In this document: piece after piece, positions 46,601-56,788 of the stretch | How positions within the stretch are numbered: position 1 is the first letter of the stretch | Layout: each line of letters begins with the position of its first letter | NCBI GenBank assembly: GCA_965248835.1 | Contig: CBDFLJ010000002.1 | Location: 1,568,001 to 1,632,000, forward strand | Reading direction: 5' to 3' | From: Alphaproteobacteria bacterium | GTDB lineage: Bacteria > Pseudomonadota > Alphaproteobacteria > MPNO01 | Length of the DNA stretch: 64,000 bases | Notes under the pieces: model-generated | The model's input: the letters and a program-made list of their open reading frames with translations, nothing else | What the model was told of the DNA's origin: nothing | Databases searched by the model: none | Position numbers and translations under genes: made by a program

Positions 46601-48574
46601 GTGGCGGAGGATCACCTAGAGCGGGATAGCGACGCCGCCGGGCTCGACACCCCGATCCCTGACAGGCCATCCGTTCGCGTGATCACGATCGCGATCGGCT
46701 GTGCCATCACGGCCATCCCGCTCGCCTGGGCGATCGATCTGACGCTGCTGCTAGGTTTCGAGTTCTTCCGCGAGCAGGCGCTCGCCGTCGTGCTCGGGCT
46801 CGCGTTTGGGGGGATCTTCCTCCGGTTCCCGGCCTCGGGCGGCTCGTCGCGGACCGGGCCGGTGCCGTGGTACGACCTGATCCTGGCAATCCTCGGAATC
46901 GGTGCCTCGTTCTACCTCGCCTACCGCTACCAGGAGCTGGTCAACGACTTCTACTATCTGCGCCAGGAGGCGTTCGCGATCAGCATCATCATCATCCCGC
47001 TGATCGTCGAAGGTCTGCGCCGCACCGCCGGCTGGAGCCTGGTGGGCGTGCTTTCGATCTTCCTGCTCTACAGCTTCATCGGCCATTGGGTGCCCGGAAA
47101 GCTGCAGGGCAAGCAGCAGGCTCCGGACTCCTTGATCGCCTATCTTGGCGTGGACAACGTCGCCCTGATGGGCCTGCCGATGGTCATCGTGTGCATGGTC
47201 GTCGTGCTGTTCATCTTCATGGGCCGGCTGCTGGTGGTCTCGGGCGCATCGAACTGGTTCACCGACCTCGCCGCCGCCCTGATGGGCCGCTCGCGCGGCG
47301 GTGCAGCCAAGATCGCGATCGTCGCCTCGGGCCTGTTCGGCTCGATCTCGGGCAGCGCGGTCTCCAACGTCGCCTCGACCGGAGTGATCACGATCCCGCT
47401 GATGCGCCGGGCCGGCTACGGCGCGGCCAGCGCCGGCGCGATCGAGGCGGTGGCCTCGACCGGCGGCCAAATCATGCCGCCGATCATGGGCGCGGCCGCC
47501 TTCCTGATGGCCGAACTGCTCGAGGTGGCCTATGTCGAGGTCATCCTCGCCGCCCTGATCCCGGCGATCCTCTATTACATCGCGGTCTTCATTCAGGCCG
47601 ACCTCGAGGCCGCGCGGCTTGGGATCGACCCGGTCCCGGAGGACCGGATCCCGCCTTTGTTGCGCGTGCTCAAGGAAGGCTGGTTCTTCACGATCCCGTT
47701 CATCGTGCTGATCCTGGCGCTGTTCTCGTTCAACATGCCGCCGGAGGGCGCGGCCTTCTATGCCGCGATTTCGATCCCGATCGTCAGCGTGATCTTCGGC
47801 TACAAGGGCCAGCGCATGACCGTGCGGGAGCTTGCCACGGCCATTGCCGAGGCGGGCCGGTCCTCAGTCGACATCATCATGATCGGCGCGATGGCGGGGC
47901 TGATCATCGGCGTCCTCGAGGTCACCGGGCTCGGCTTCGCGCTGACCCTGGTGCTGACCGAGATCGGCAAGGACAGCCTGCTGCTCCTGCTGCTGATCAC
48001 CGCCGGCGTGTCGATCCTGCTCGGCATGGGCATGCCGACATCGGCGATCTACTTCCTGCTCGCCGTCATGGTCGCCCCGCCGCTGATCAAGCTTGGGCTC
48101 GATCCGATGGCCGCCCACCTGTTCGTGCTCTATTACGGGCTGATGTCGATGATCACCCCGCCGGTGGCGATCGCAGCGTTCACCGGCGCCAAGATCGCCG
48201 GCGCGCCGCCGATGCTGACCGCGATGACCGCGGTCAGGCTCGGCTGGGTCGCCTATGTGATGCCGTTCGTGTTCGTCATGTCGCCGGCCCTGATCATGCG
48301 CGGCTCATTCCTGGAGGTGGCGATCGCTTTCATCGCGGCATTCTTCGGCATCTGGCTCGGATCGGCCGGCTTGCTGGGCTATTTCACCAAGCGGCTCAAT
48401 CCGGCGGTTCGCGCGCTGTTCTTCGCCTGCGGGATCGCCTTGTTGTTCCCGATCGATATCGTAGACGGCGGCATCGTCATCCGGCTCGCCGGCGCGGCCC
48501 TGGGCGCGGTCCTGATCGGCCGCGAAATAATCGACAAGCGGCGCGCGGCGGCCTCAACGAGCGCCGCCGAATAG
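46601..48574 (+). CDS. TAXI-TRAP fused 4TM/12TM permease
   Basis: GGAAKIA, GSISGSAVSNV, EAVASTGGQIMPPIMGAAAF, GMGMPT, ITPPVA. Confidence 0.93.
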   Translation: MAEDHLERDSDAAGLDTPIPDRPSVRVITIAIGCAITAIPLAWAIDLTLLLGFEFFREQALAVVLGLAFGGIFLRFPASGGSSRTGPVPWYDLILAILGIGASFYLAYRYQELVNDFYYLRQEAFAISIIIIPLIVEGLRRTAGWSLVGVLSIFLLYSFIGHWVPGKLQGKQQAPDSLIAYLGVDNVALMGLPMVIVCMVVVLFIFMGRLLVVSGASNWFTDLAAALMGRSRGGAAKIAIVASGLFGSISGSAVSNVASTGVITIPLMRRAGYGAASAGAIEAVASTGGQIMPPIMGAAAFLMAELLEVAYVEVILAALIPAILYYIAVFIQADLEAARLGIDPVPEDRIPPLLRVLKEGWFFTIPFIVLILALFSFNMPPEGAAFYAAISIPIVSVIFGYKGQRMTVRELATAIAEAGRSSVDIIMIGAMAGLIIGVLEVTGLGFALTLVLTEIGKDSLLLLLLITAGVSILLGMGMPTSAIYFLLAVMVAPPLIKLGLDPMAAHLFVLYYGLMSMITPPVAIAAFTGAKIAGAPPMLTAMTAVRLGWVAYVMPFVFVMSPALIMRGSFLEVAIAFIAAFFGIWLGSAGLLGYFTKRLNPAVRALFFACGIALLFPIDIVDGGIVIRLAGAALGAVLIGREIIDKRRAAASTSAAE

Positions 48575-48599
48575 CCGCCCGCCGGCAACCCGGCCCGGC

Positions 48600-49451
48600 T
48601 CAGCCGCGGACCAGGATATAGGTCTGGCTCGCCGCGGGAAGCGCTGCCAGAGCCGCAGCCAGGTCCTCGGGCGCCTCGCCGTTGCCAAAGGGCTGCAAAT
48701 AGCGCCCGGAGCAGGTCACCTCGAGCCTATCACCGGCGAACGGAAACGGAGCGAGCGCATAAACCCCATCGCCCTCCGGCGTGAGCGTGAGCGTCGCATC
48801 GCGGTCGATCGACATCGGAATGTTGACGAAGTCCTCCCGGGCGCGGTCGGTCTCGTGCCGGAGGTGGAAGTACAGCGCCAGCGTGTCGAAGAACTGGAGC
48901 TGCTTGTAGTTCTGCACCACATGGGGCTCATCGACCCAATCACCCCTGCCGGCTTGCTTGCCGACCTCGTCCTTCAGCCGCTCCTGCCGTGCGATCTCGC
49001 CGTCCAGCATGCTGTCGACAACCTGGCGCACGGGACCCGATTGCGGGACCGGGATCGAGGTCGACCCGCCGGGGCGGACGCGGAACTCCGAATAGCCGTA
49101 GCGTGCGTTGTAGAGTCCCCAGGAGTGCATGCTGGCGAGCAGCCCGCAATAGGGGTCGTGGTCCTCGTTGACCTCGGCCGAGCGCCGGCCGGTCACGCCG
49201 CTGCCCGATGCCGGCGCCGAGGCGCCGATGCCGCATGGCAGGCCGGTCTTGGGATCCAGCACCGGGGCCGCGTCAAAGTCATCCCAGCCATTATCGTGGT
49301 GGCTTACGACATAGACCATCTCCTCGAACGGCTCGCAGCGTTCGAACTGCTCGTTGCCGAAGGCGCGCACGAGCTGCCCGCACAGCGCGTTGTGCTCGCG
49401 CATCGAACACAGGAAATGTGCCTCACCCTTGGGTGCGCTCTGGACCATCAT
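48600..49451 (-). CDS. DUF3891-like protein
   Basis: EHNALCGQL..FGN, HHDNGW, PYCGLLASMH, LQFFDTLALY, PFPF. Confidence 0.7.
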   Translation of the reverse strand: MMVQSAPKGEAHFLCSMREHNALCGQLVRAFGNEQFERCEPFEEMVYVVSHHDNGWDDFDAAPVLDPKTGLPCGIGASAPASGSGVTGRRSAEVNEDHDPYCGLLASMHSWGLYNARYGYSEFRVRPGGSTSIPVPQSGPVRQVVDSMLDGEIARQERLKDEVGKQAGRGDWVDEPHVVQNYKQLQFFDTLALYFHLRHETDRAREDFVNIPMSIDRDATLTLTPEGDGVYALAPFPFAGDRLEVTCSGRYLQPFGNGEAPEDLAAALAALPAASQTYILVRG

Positions 49452-49583
49452 CGGCTGTCTCCCCCGGTCAATTCGTCATCCGATCGCAATCGGCAGGCAG
49501 CCGGGCACCGCCTGCCGGAGGCCCCATTAAAGCGCACTTTGGCGCCGATTGTCACATTCGCCCGGACCGCGAGCGCCGGGACC

Positions 49584-50216
49584 TCACGGCAGCGGGATCT
49601 CGTTGACCTTGTTAGGCACGTCGTAGCCGCGTTGCACGGCGGGCCGGCCGGCGATCTCGACATACCAACGCTTGAGATTGGGGTAGTCGTTGAAATCCAT
49701 GGTCTGCCATTCGTAGCGGGAGATCCAAGGCCAGGTCGCGATGTCGGCGATGGTGTACCCGTCGCCGGCGAGATAGGCGGATCCGCCCAGACGCTTGTCG
49801 AGCACGCCGTAGATGCGCTTGTTCTCGTTGAGATAACGCTCCTCGGCATAGGGCGCCTTGTCTTTGGCACCGCGCAGGAAATGGTGGGTCTGGCCGAGCA
49901 TCGGACCGACGCTGCCCATCTGCATCATCAGCCATTCCATCACCTTCCAGCGCGCGGCGGGCGCGTCCGGCATGAGCTGGCCGGTCTTCTCGGCGAGGTA
50001 CAGCAGGATCGCGCCCGACTCCATCATCGAGACTCCGGTGTCGCGATCGACGATCGCCGGGATCTTGTTGTTGGGGCTGATCGCGAGGAACGCGGGATCG
50101 AACTGCTCGTCCTTGGTGATGTTGACCGCATGCGCCCCGTAGTCGAGCCCCGCTTCCTCAAGCATGATCGAGACCTTGCGGCCGTTGGGTGTTTGCCAAG
50201 TGTAGAGGTCGATCAT
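49584..50216 (-). CDS. Glutathione S-transferase (YfcG-like nu class)
   Basis: MIDLYTW.TPNG.KV, ISPNNKIPAIVD, ESGAIL.YLAEKTG, TIADIA.WPW. Confidence 0.92.
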   Translation of the reverse strand: MIDLYTWQTPNGRKVSIMLEEAGLDYGAHAVNITKDEQFDPAFLAISPNNKIPAIVDRDTGVSMMESGAILLYLAEKTGQLMPDAPAARWKVMEWLMMQMGSVGPMLGQTHHFLRGAKDKAPYAEERYLNENKRIYGVLDKRLGGSAYLAGDGYTIADIATWPWISRYEWQTMDFNDYPNLKRWYVEIAGRPAVQRGYDVPNKVNEIPLP

Positions 50217-50250
50217 CGTGTGCGCTCCTTGGGCGGTTCGGGTGAACGGG

Positions 50251-50709
50251 TCACCGGTCGAGCTCGCTGGCCATGACCTCGGCCTTGAGGCCTCGGGCCT
50301 CGGCTGCGGCGAAGTTGAGCTCGACCTTCACCCCGTTGGGGTCCATGAGAAAAAGCTGGAAGAGCCCCTGGTCATCGACTTGGCGCTCCGTGAAGGCCAC
50401 GCCCGTGGCGCGCAGGTGATCCATCATCTCCGCAAGGCCGGTGCACCGGAAACCGACGTGATCGATCACACCGGAGCCCTCGGTCGCCTCGGACTGCTGG
50501 CCGAGATAGGCCTTGCGGTTCTCGCTCACCCCGGCGCCGCCCTCGGTGAGGTGCAGGACATCGCGCTCGCCGAGATAAAGCCAGCAGACCGGGAACTTGA
50601 AGTCGGGCGAGGGGCCGACCCGCATGCCCAGCACGTCGACATACCAGTCGCGGGTGCCCTCGAGATCCGCGGTCTGGATCAGGAAATGCTCGAGATGGCT
50701 GAGCGGCAT
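50251..50709 (-). CDS. VOC/glyoxalase family protein
   Basis: LEHFLIQTADLE.TRDWY, IDHVGF, QLFLMDPNGVKVELNF; AGGAGG RBS. Confidence 0.88.
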   Translation of the reverse strand: MPLSHLEHFLIQTADLEGTRDWYVDVLGMRVGPSPDFKFPVCWLYLGERDVLHLTEGGAGVSENRKAYLGQQSEATEGSGVIDHVGFRCTGLAEMMDHLRATGVAFTERQVDDQGLFQLFLMDPNGVKVELNFAAAEARGLKAEVMASELDR

Positions 50710-50801
50710 CGCCTCCTCCTGGTTCCTTCGGTGCTCAAGCGCTACCATAAGCCGCCGGTTTCGCAAGATCGAGCCCGGTTCGAGACAGCGTGGAGTGATG
50801 G

Positions 50802-51113
50802 ATGATGGTCGCCTATTGGGTGGCGCGAGCGAAGATCAACGACCCCGTCGAATACAAGAAATACACCGACCGTGTACCGGACATTCTGGCCAGATTCGAC
50901 GGCAAGGTGCTCGCCCGCGGCGGCGGCTATGAAACTCTTGAGGGACCCGCGACCTTCGAGCGCTTCGTGGTCATCGCGTTTCCGTCGATGGACGCGGCTC
51001 GAGCGTGCTTCAACTCGCCCGAATACCGGGAAGCGGCAGCCTTCCGGCGCGCGGGCGGCGTGGGCCAGAACGAATTGACCATCGTGGAAGCTGGCGAGGC
51101 GACGCCGGCCTGA
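50802..51113 (+). CDS. DUF1330 family protein
   Basis: AYWVA, GKVLARGG, LEG, RFVVIAFPS, FNSPEY. Confidence 0.85.
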   Translation: MMVAYWVARAKINDPVEYKKYTDRVPDILARFDGKVLARGGGYETLEGPATFERFVVIAFPSMDAARACFNSPEYREAAAFRRAGGVGQNELTIVEAGEATPA

Positions 51114-51138
51114 CAGGCAGGCAAACAGGGAGGTAGAC

Positions 51139-51981
51139 ATGGCCGATCGGGTCCTCGAGGGCAAGGTGGTGATGATGACCGGCGCCGCGCGCGGCATGGG
51201 CCGGATGATGTCGCTCGCTCTGGCGGAGGCCGGTGCGAAGGTCGCGATGATAGACATCGACGAAGACGTGCTCGCGGCCGCCCGGGCCGATGTCGAGGCC
51301 GCCGGCGGCCAGGGCTGTGCGGTCGATCTGCCGTGCGACGTCACCATTGCGGAGGCCGCCCGGGCCGCGCTCGACTCGGTGCTGTCGCGCTTCGGCCGGC
51401 TCGACGTGCTGGTCAACGACGCGGTTGTCGGACCGGAGCGGATCGGCGATCACTTCTTCACCGACCCGCCCAAATTCTGGGAGCTCGACGACGCCCTGTG
51501 GCGCAAGATGCTCGACGTCAACGTCTTCGGGCCGCAGCTGATGGCCCGCACCGTCGTGCCGACGATGCTGGAGGCCGGCCACGGCCGGATCGTCAACGTG
51601 ACCACCAGCCTGAACACCATGTACCGGGCCGGTGCCGGCGCCTACGGCCCCTCGAAGGCGGCGCTGGAGGCCCACACAAGGATCATGGCCCACGACCTGG
51701 AAGGCACCGGCGTGAGCGTCAACATCCTGATCCCCGGCGGGCCGGTGAACACCCGGATGATCCCCGAGGCGAGCGGCGTCGACCGGACCGCCCTGATTCA
51801 GCCGGAGGTCATGCGCGAGCCGATCGTCTGGCTGTGCTCCGACGATGCCGAGGGCATCAGCGGGTTGAGGTTCATCGCGCTGCGCTGGGATCCGGACCTG
51901 GACCGCGAGGCGCGGATCGAACAGGCAAGCGCCCCGGTGGCGTGGCCGCAGCTCGGCACCCAGTCGGTTCAGCCGGATTAG
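51139..51981 (+). CDS. SDR family oxidoreductase
   Basis: TGAARGMG, YGPSK, PGG. Confidence 0.9.
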   Translation: MADRVLEGKVVMMTGAARGMGRMMSLALAEAGAKVAMIDIDEDVLAAARADVEAAGGQGCAVDLPCDVTIAEAARAALDSVLSRFGRLDVLVNDAVVGPERIGDHFFTDPPKFWELDDALWRKMLDVNVFGPQLMARTVVPTMLEAGHGRIVNVTTSLNTMYRAGAGAYGPSKAALEAHTRIMAHDLEGTGVSVNILIPGGPVNTRMIPEASGVDRTALIQPEVMREPIVWLCSDDAEGISGLRFIALRWDPDLDREARIEQASAPVAWPQLGTQSVQPD

Positions 51982-52008
51982 CCGCACGCTGCGACGCCGG
52001 CCGAACCA

Positions 52009-53016
52009 TCACCCCGGAACGCGCGCAGCCGCACTTTCGTGGAGGCCGTACTCGCCGGTCTCCATCAGCTTGGCGAGTGCGGTCGCTGCCGGTGTCATGG
52101 TGAGGCTCGCCCGGGTCTCGAGCAGCCACGCCTGATAGGGCTCGGCAACGTCCTCCTCGGCGCCGTGGTGGGCGACGCCCTTGGGCGTCCAGGCGATGGT
52201 GCCGGGCTTGTCCATGCCGCCATAGGCCCCCGGCCCGCCGGCGAAAACGATGACCTCGTCGAAATCGGCGTTGCAGTGGATCGGCGGCCGGTCACTGCGC
52301 CGCGAGCCCAGGTGGTAGAACAGCACCGCACCGGCGGCATCGTCGATCAGCCGGCCCGGCACGATGCCGCCGTTGGTCACGCCCAGCCCGCGCGCGCTTT
52401 CGATATTGAACCGGCGCACCTGCGCTGCCCCGACGACATCCGTGCAGGCCAGCGGATCGAAATCGTAGAAGTACGACGTCACGCCGCCGGCGTGCCGGAC
52501 GACGACCTCGTGCTCGCCGCCGGCATCCCCGAACGGCCTCGGCCCATCGACATCGAGCGCCGCGTTGAGCACCGCGCGGGGCTCGGGTGATACCTCGAGA
52601 GGCCCGGCGCTGGTCACCACGATCGCCGCCAGCGCCTCGCTCACCGCGCCGATGCGGTAGGCGACCGCCTTGGGAATCAGCACGAAATCGCCGGATTGCA
52701 ACGCGAGCGCGCCGAAATCGGTCTCCAGGCGCGCCCGGCCGGCAACGACGTAGTGCACCTCGTCGCCGGTCACGTTGCGCAGCGCGAAGCCCATCGGCCC
52801 GTCGTGATGGGCGACCGCGACACTCACGCCATCGGCCTCCAGCAGGGTGAGCGGCAGGCCGCGCGGGGTGTCGGGGACGCCGTCGATGTCGAATCGCCGC
52901 GGGGCATAGGTGCCCTCGATCCGCGTATAGGCCGGCGCATAGCCGGCGCGCACCGCGTTGGTCCGCGTACCGGCGAACCCGTTGCGGGTGTAGTTGTAGA
53001 TCGGTGTCTCAGACAT
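52009..53016 (-). CDS. Homogentisate 1,2-dioxygenase-like bicupin protein (short, divergent)
   Basis: RNVTGDEVHYV, ETDFG.L, GDFVLIPK...YR, PPIHCNADFDEV, VAHHG. Confidence 0.65.
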   Translation of the reverse strand: MSETPIYNYTRNGFAGTRTNAVRAGYAPAYTRIEGTYAPRRFDIDGVPDTPRGLPLTLLEADGVSVAVAHHDGPMGFALRNVTGDEVHYVVAGRARLETDFGALALQSGDFVLIPKAVAYRIGAVSEALAAIVVTSAGPLEVSPEPRAVLNAALDVDGPRPFGDAGGEHEVVVRHAGGVTSYFYDFDPLACTDVVGAAQVRRFNIESARGLGVTNGGIVPGRLIDDAAGAVLFYHLGSRRSDRPPIHCNADFDEVIVFAGGPGAYGGMDKPGTIAWTPKGVAHHGAEEDVAEPYQAWLLETRASLTMTPAATALAKLMETGEYGLHESAAARVPG

Positions 53017-53130
53017 GCCTGGGTTCCCCGCTGGAGGGCAGATGCCGGTTGCCAGGATGAACATCTCCGGCGCCGTCTCGGGCGGCTCTCATCGTGGCAG
53101 CCCCGGCGCGAGACGACAACCGGGCGGTTC

Positions 53131-53925
53131 CTATTCGACGACCCAGCGTGGCTTGCGGCGTTCCAGGAAGGCGCCGATGCCTTCCTTGGCGGCCTCGGAA
53201 CTGCGGGTGCCGACGTTCCAGGAAAGCGCGGTCTCCAGCAGCGCCTGGTCGGGGGCTGCGCCCATTTCGGCGAGCAGGGCCTTGGTCGCTGCCACCGCTT
53301 CGGGCGAGGCGGCGAGCGCGAGCTTGCAATGCGCCTCCACCCTGGCGTCGAGATCGGCCTGGTCGGCCGCGACCTCGTGGATCAGCCCGGCGCGGACGGC
53401 CTCCTCGGTCTCGAAGACGATCGCCCCGATGGCGAAATAGCGCAGCCAGCCGGGGCCGATCCTGGGCAGCAGAAAGCTCGAGATGATGCCGGGCGCGAGC
53501 CCGATCCGCACCTCGGAAAGGCAGAATTTGGTTGCCGCGGCGGCGACCGCCACGTCGCAGCAGGAAACCAGCCCCAACGCACCGGCCATCGCCGCACCAT
53601 GGACGCAGGCGATGGTCATCTTCGGGCAAGCGGCAAGCGCGGCATACATCGCCTGGAGACGCCGCGAGTCCGCGGCGACCTCCTCAAGGCTCGCCCCCTC
53701 GGTATCGCGCATCCAGTTGAGATCGGCACCGGCGCAGAAGACCGGGCCGTTGCCCCGGAGCACGATCGCGCGCACCGCCTCCTCGGCGCCGAGTTCGGCA
53801 ACCGAGGCGGCGAGCTCGTCCATCATCTGCGGATTCATCGCATTGCGCACCGCCGGTCGATCGAGGGTGATGGTGGCAATCCCGCGCCGATCGCGCGAGA
53901 CGGCGAGCGTCCCGGTCTCCTGCAT
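53131..53925 (-). CDS. Enoyl-CoA hydratase, methylglutaconyl-CoA hydratase-like
   Basis: LDRPAVRNAM, FCAGADL.WM, GAAMAGALGLVSCCD, LSEVRIGL.P, EGIGAFLE.RKP.W. Confidence 0.88.
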   Translation of the reverse strand: MQETGTLAVSRDRRGIATITLDRPAVRNAMNPQMMDELAASVAELGAEEAVRAIVLRGNGPVFCAGADLNWMRDTEGASLEEVAADSRRLQAMYAALAACPKMTIACVHGAAMAGALGLVSCCDVAVAAAATKFCLSEVRIGLAPGIISSFLLPRIGPGWLRYFAIGAIVFETEEAVRAGLIHEVAADQADLDARVEAHCKLALAASPEAVAATKALLAEMGAAPDQALLETALSWNVGTRSSEAAKEGIGAFLERRKPRWVVE

Positions 53926-53927
53926 GC

Positions 53928-55514
53928 TCACCCCTCCTCGGGGATCCGAAGCCGGCCCTTGATCACCTTGCGGGTCGGCGTCAGCGGCAGAGTATCGACC
54001 AGAACCAGGCGTTCCGGCCATTTGAGCTTGGCGATCCCTTCGCGCCCCAGCCAGTCGGTGATGCCGGCCAGGCCCGGCTGGGTGCCGGGCCGCGCGACGG
54101 CGAAGCAGCACGACCGCTCGCCGAGCACGGCATCGGGCATCGGCACGATCGCCGATTGGACGATGTCGGGATGGCGGTCGATCGCCTCCTCGACATCCGC
54201 CGGGTTGATCTTCATCCCGCCGCGGTTGATCAGGTCCTTCTGCCGGCCGGTTACCGTGACCGCCCCGTCGGCGGCGATGATCGCAAGGTCGCCGGTGCGG
54301 AACCAGCCGCCGTCGACGAAGGAATCCGCGTTGACGGCATCGTTGCGGTAATAGCCGTCAAACACCGAGACGCCGCGGATCTGAAGCTCGCCCTCCTCAC
54401 CGGCCGGCAGTACGGTGCCGTCCGGCGCGCAGACCCGCACCTGATTGCCGGGGCTCGGCCGGCCGGCACCGGATGAAGCGGCCTCGACGGTCTCCTCGGG
54501 CCGGGTGAACATGCCGCACTGGGTTTCCGTCATGCCCCAGAGCTGGGCGATCCGCCCGTTGGCGAGCGCCTTCTGGGCGTCGTGGAACAGATCCGGCGCG
54601 GCCACCGCGCCAGAGACCACCATGTACGCGACCGAGGACAAAGGCTCGGGCTCCAGCAGCCCGGCCGCGCGGCAGGCCGCGATATGGGCCGGGGCGAGGA
54701 ACACGTGGCTCGGCGCGAGGCGGGCACAGGCTTCGATGAGGCCCGCCGGCGAGAAGGCGGGCAACAGCGCCGTCGCGCCGCCGCCGTAAAGCGTCAGGTG
54801 GAAGGAATAAAGCCCGAGCAGGTGCGAATACGGCGCGCACGACAGCATGATCGAGTCCGCACGCATCTGTTTCTCGGTATGGTTCAGCCGCGCGTTGGCG
54901 AGGAACCGCCGGTAGTCGGTGCGCACCGCTTTCGGACTCGATGAGGTGCCCGAGGTGAACAGCATGATATAGGGATCGGCGGCCTTCGGCGGTGCGGGAA
55001 GCGGTCGATCACCACCGCCGGCCATGAGATCGGCGAATGCAAGCGCGCCGGGAGGGGCGTCTCCGCCGACGGCGATCACATGCTCGAGGTCGGCAAGCGA
55101 GCCCGCAAGCGCAGCCAGTTCGGCAGCCGGCCGGCGATCGCCCGCCGCCGCCGATGCCAGGACCGCCTTGGCCTTGGCATGGCCGAGGATGTCCGCCGCC
55201 TCGCGCGGTCCATAGGGCATGTGGATGGTGCTGGTGACCGCGCCCAGCCGTGCCGCGGCGAGGACGGCGATGAGGAATTCCGCGACGTTGGGTAGCTGCA
55301 GGCTGATGCCGTCGCCGCGCCCGAGACCCAGGCCGACAAACGCCCCGGCAAGGCGGTCGACCTGCGCGGCGAGATCGGCGTAGTCGATCATCCCCTCGCC
55401 GGTGATGATTGCCGGCGCGCCAGGTGTGCGATCCGCCAGCCCGGCCAGCAGGCTGGAAAGCGTATCCTCGCTCCACAGGTGTGAGCCGTCGCTCCTCGGG
55501 GTCGGGGACATCAT
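53928..55514 (-). CDS. Acyl/aryl-CoA ligase (AliA-like AMP-binding enzyme)
   Basis: FTSGTSSSPK, WGMTE, GWFRTGDL, GRQKDLINRGGMK, PLTPTRKVIK. Confidence 0.88.
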   Translation of the reverse strand: MMSPTPRSDGSHLWSEDTLSSLLAGLADRTPGAPAIITGEGMIDYADLAAQVDRLAGAFVGLGLGRGDGISLQLPNVAEFLIAVLAAARLGAVTSTIHMPYGPREAADILGHAKAKAVLASAAAGDRRPAAELAALAGSLADLEHVIAVGGDAPPGALAFADLMAGGGDRPLPAPPKAADPYIMLFTSGTSSSPKAVRTDYRRFLANARLNHTEKQMRADSIMLSCAPYSHLLGLYSFHLTLYGGGATALLPAFSPAGLIEACARLAPSHVFLAPAHIAACRAAGLLEPEPLSSVAYMVVSGAVAAPDLFHDAQKALANGRIAQLWGMTETQCGMFTRPEETVEAASSGAGRPSPGNQVRVCAPDGTVLPAGEEGELQIRGVSVFDGYYRNDAVNADSFVDGGWFRTGDLAIIAADGAVTVTGRQKDLINRGGMKINPADVEEAIDRHPDIVQSAIVPMPDAVLGERSCCFAVARPGTQPGLAGITDWLGREGIAKLKWPERLVLVDTLPLTPTRKVIKGRLRIPEEG

Positions 55515-55666
55515 CGCCGCGGCACGATCACTGTTCGGATACCGATCGGCGATGATGCGGCAGCGCAGCGTCCCGTTCAAGCAGCGCAGGCCGGACCGAC
55601 TCGATCCGATCGGGACATGGCTTAGAATGACCGGGTTGGTGGGGTGCAATTTCCGGGAGGTGTGCG

Positions 55667-56707
55667 ATGCCGTTCCTGTGCAATGCTTGGTATGTCGCCT
55701 GCTGGGCCGAGGACCTCGGCGCGGCGCCGCTCGCCCGAACGTTGCTCGACCAGAAGGTGGTGCTGTACCGCACGGCCGAGGGGACCGCGGTCGCGCTCGA
55801 GGACCGGTGCTGCCATCGCGCATTGCCGCTGTCGATGGGCCGTATCGAGGGCGACGGGCTGCGCTGCGGCTATCATGGGCTGCTGTTCGATGCCAAGGGG
55901 ACCTGCATCGAGGTGCCGGGGCAGAGCGCGATCCCGCCCGGTGCCGCGGTGCGGGCCTATCCGGTGATCGAGCGCTGGGCGGCCGTCTGGATCTGGATGG
56001 GCGATCCGGCGCTCGCCGACCCGGCTGCGGTCCCCGAGGTTTTCTGGCTCGACGATCCGGGCTGGACGGCCGCGCCCGGCTATCTGCGCGCCGAGGCCAA
56101 TTACCGGCTCCTGGTCGACAACTTGCTCGACCTCACCCATGTCAGCTACCTGCACCTCGGCACGCTTTCGGGCTCCGGAGACGTCGAGGCGGTCGTCCCG
56201 GTGACCACCCGGCGGCAGGGCGACCGGGTCCTGGTCGGGCGCATGCTCGAGGACGTGCTGGTCCCGCCGCTATACTCCGAGGCCAGCGGAATCACCGGCC
56301 AGGTCGACCGCTGGCAGTGGATCACCTGGCAGGCGCCGGCCAACGTCTTTTTCGATGTCGGATGCGCGCCGACCGGCACCGGGGCGCCCGACGGCGATCG
56401 CAGTCAGGGGGTCTCGATGTGGTCAACCCACCTGATCACGCCGGAGACTGAAACAACGACCCATTACCATTTCAGTTGGGCGCGCGATTTCAGGCTCGGT
56501 GATCGAGCGGTTACCGACCGCCTGCACGAGGGTGCGCGCAAGGCGTTCCTGGAGGATTTGGTCGTGCTCGAGGCCCAGCAGCGCGCCATCACCATTTCGG
56601 CCGGCGCGCCGATGATCGACATCAACATCGACAACGGCCCGCTGCAGTTCCGCGGGATCCTGGACCGGAAGATTGCCGCCGAAGCCGCTCGATCTGCGGC
56701 CGAATAG
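55667..56707 (+). CDS. Rieske non-heme iron oxygenase alpha subunit (VanA/TsaM-like)
   Basis: NAWYVA, CCHR ... CGYHG, DNLLDLTHVSYLH, ED..VLEAQQ; GGAGG RBS. Confidence 0.92.
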   Translation: MPFLCNAWYVACWAEDLGAAPLARTLLDQKVVLYRTAEGTAVALEDRCCHRALPLSMGRIEGDGLRCGYHGLLFDAKGTCIEVPGQSAIPPGAAVRAYPVIERWAAVWIWMGDPALADPAAVPEVFWLDDPGWTAAPGYLRAEANYRLLVDNLLDLTHVSYLHLGTLSGSGDVEAVVPVTTRRQGDRVLVGRMLEDVLVPPLYSEASGITGQVDRWQWITWQAPANVFFDVGCAPTGTGAPDGDRSQGVSMWSTHLITPETETTTHYHFSWARDFRLGDRAVTDRLHEGARKAFLEDLVVLEAQQRAITISAGAPMIDINIDNGPLQFRGILDRKIAAEAARSAAE

Positions 56708-56788
56708 GCCCTCCCCCCGTGGCGCAGACCGGAATTTGTTGCTAGCGTCCGGTCCGAACACGACGAGAAATTCCACAGGAGTGCCGCC

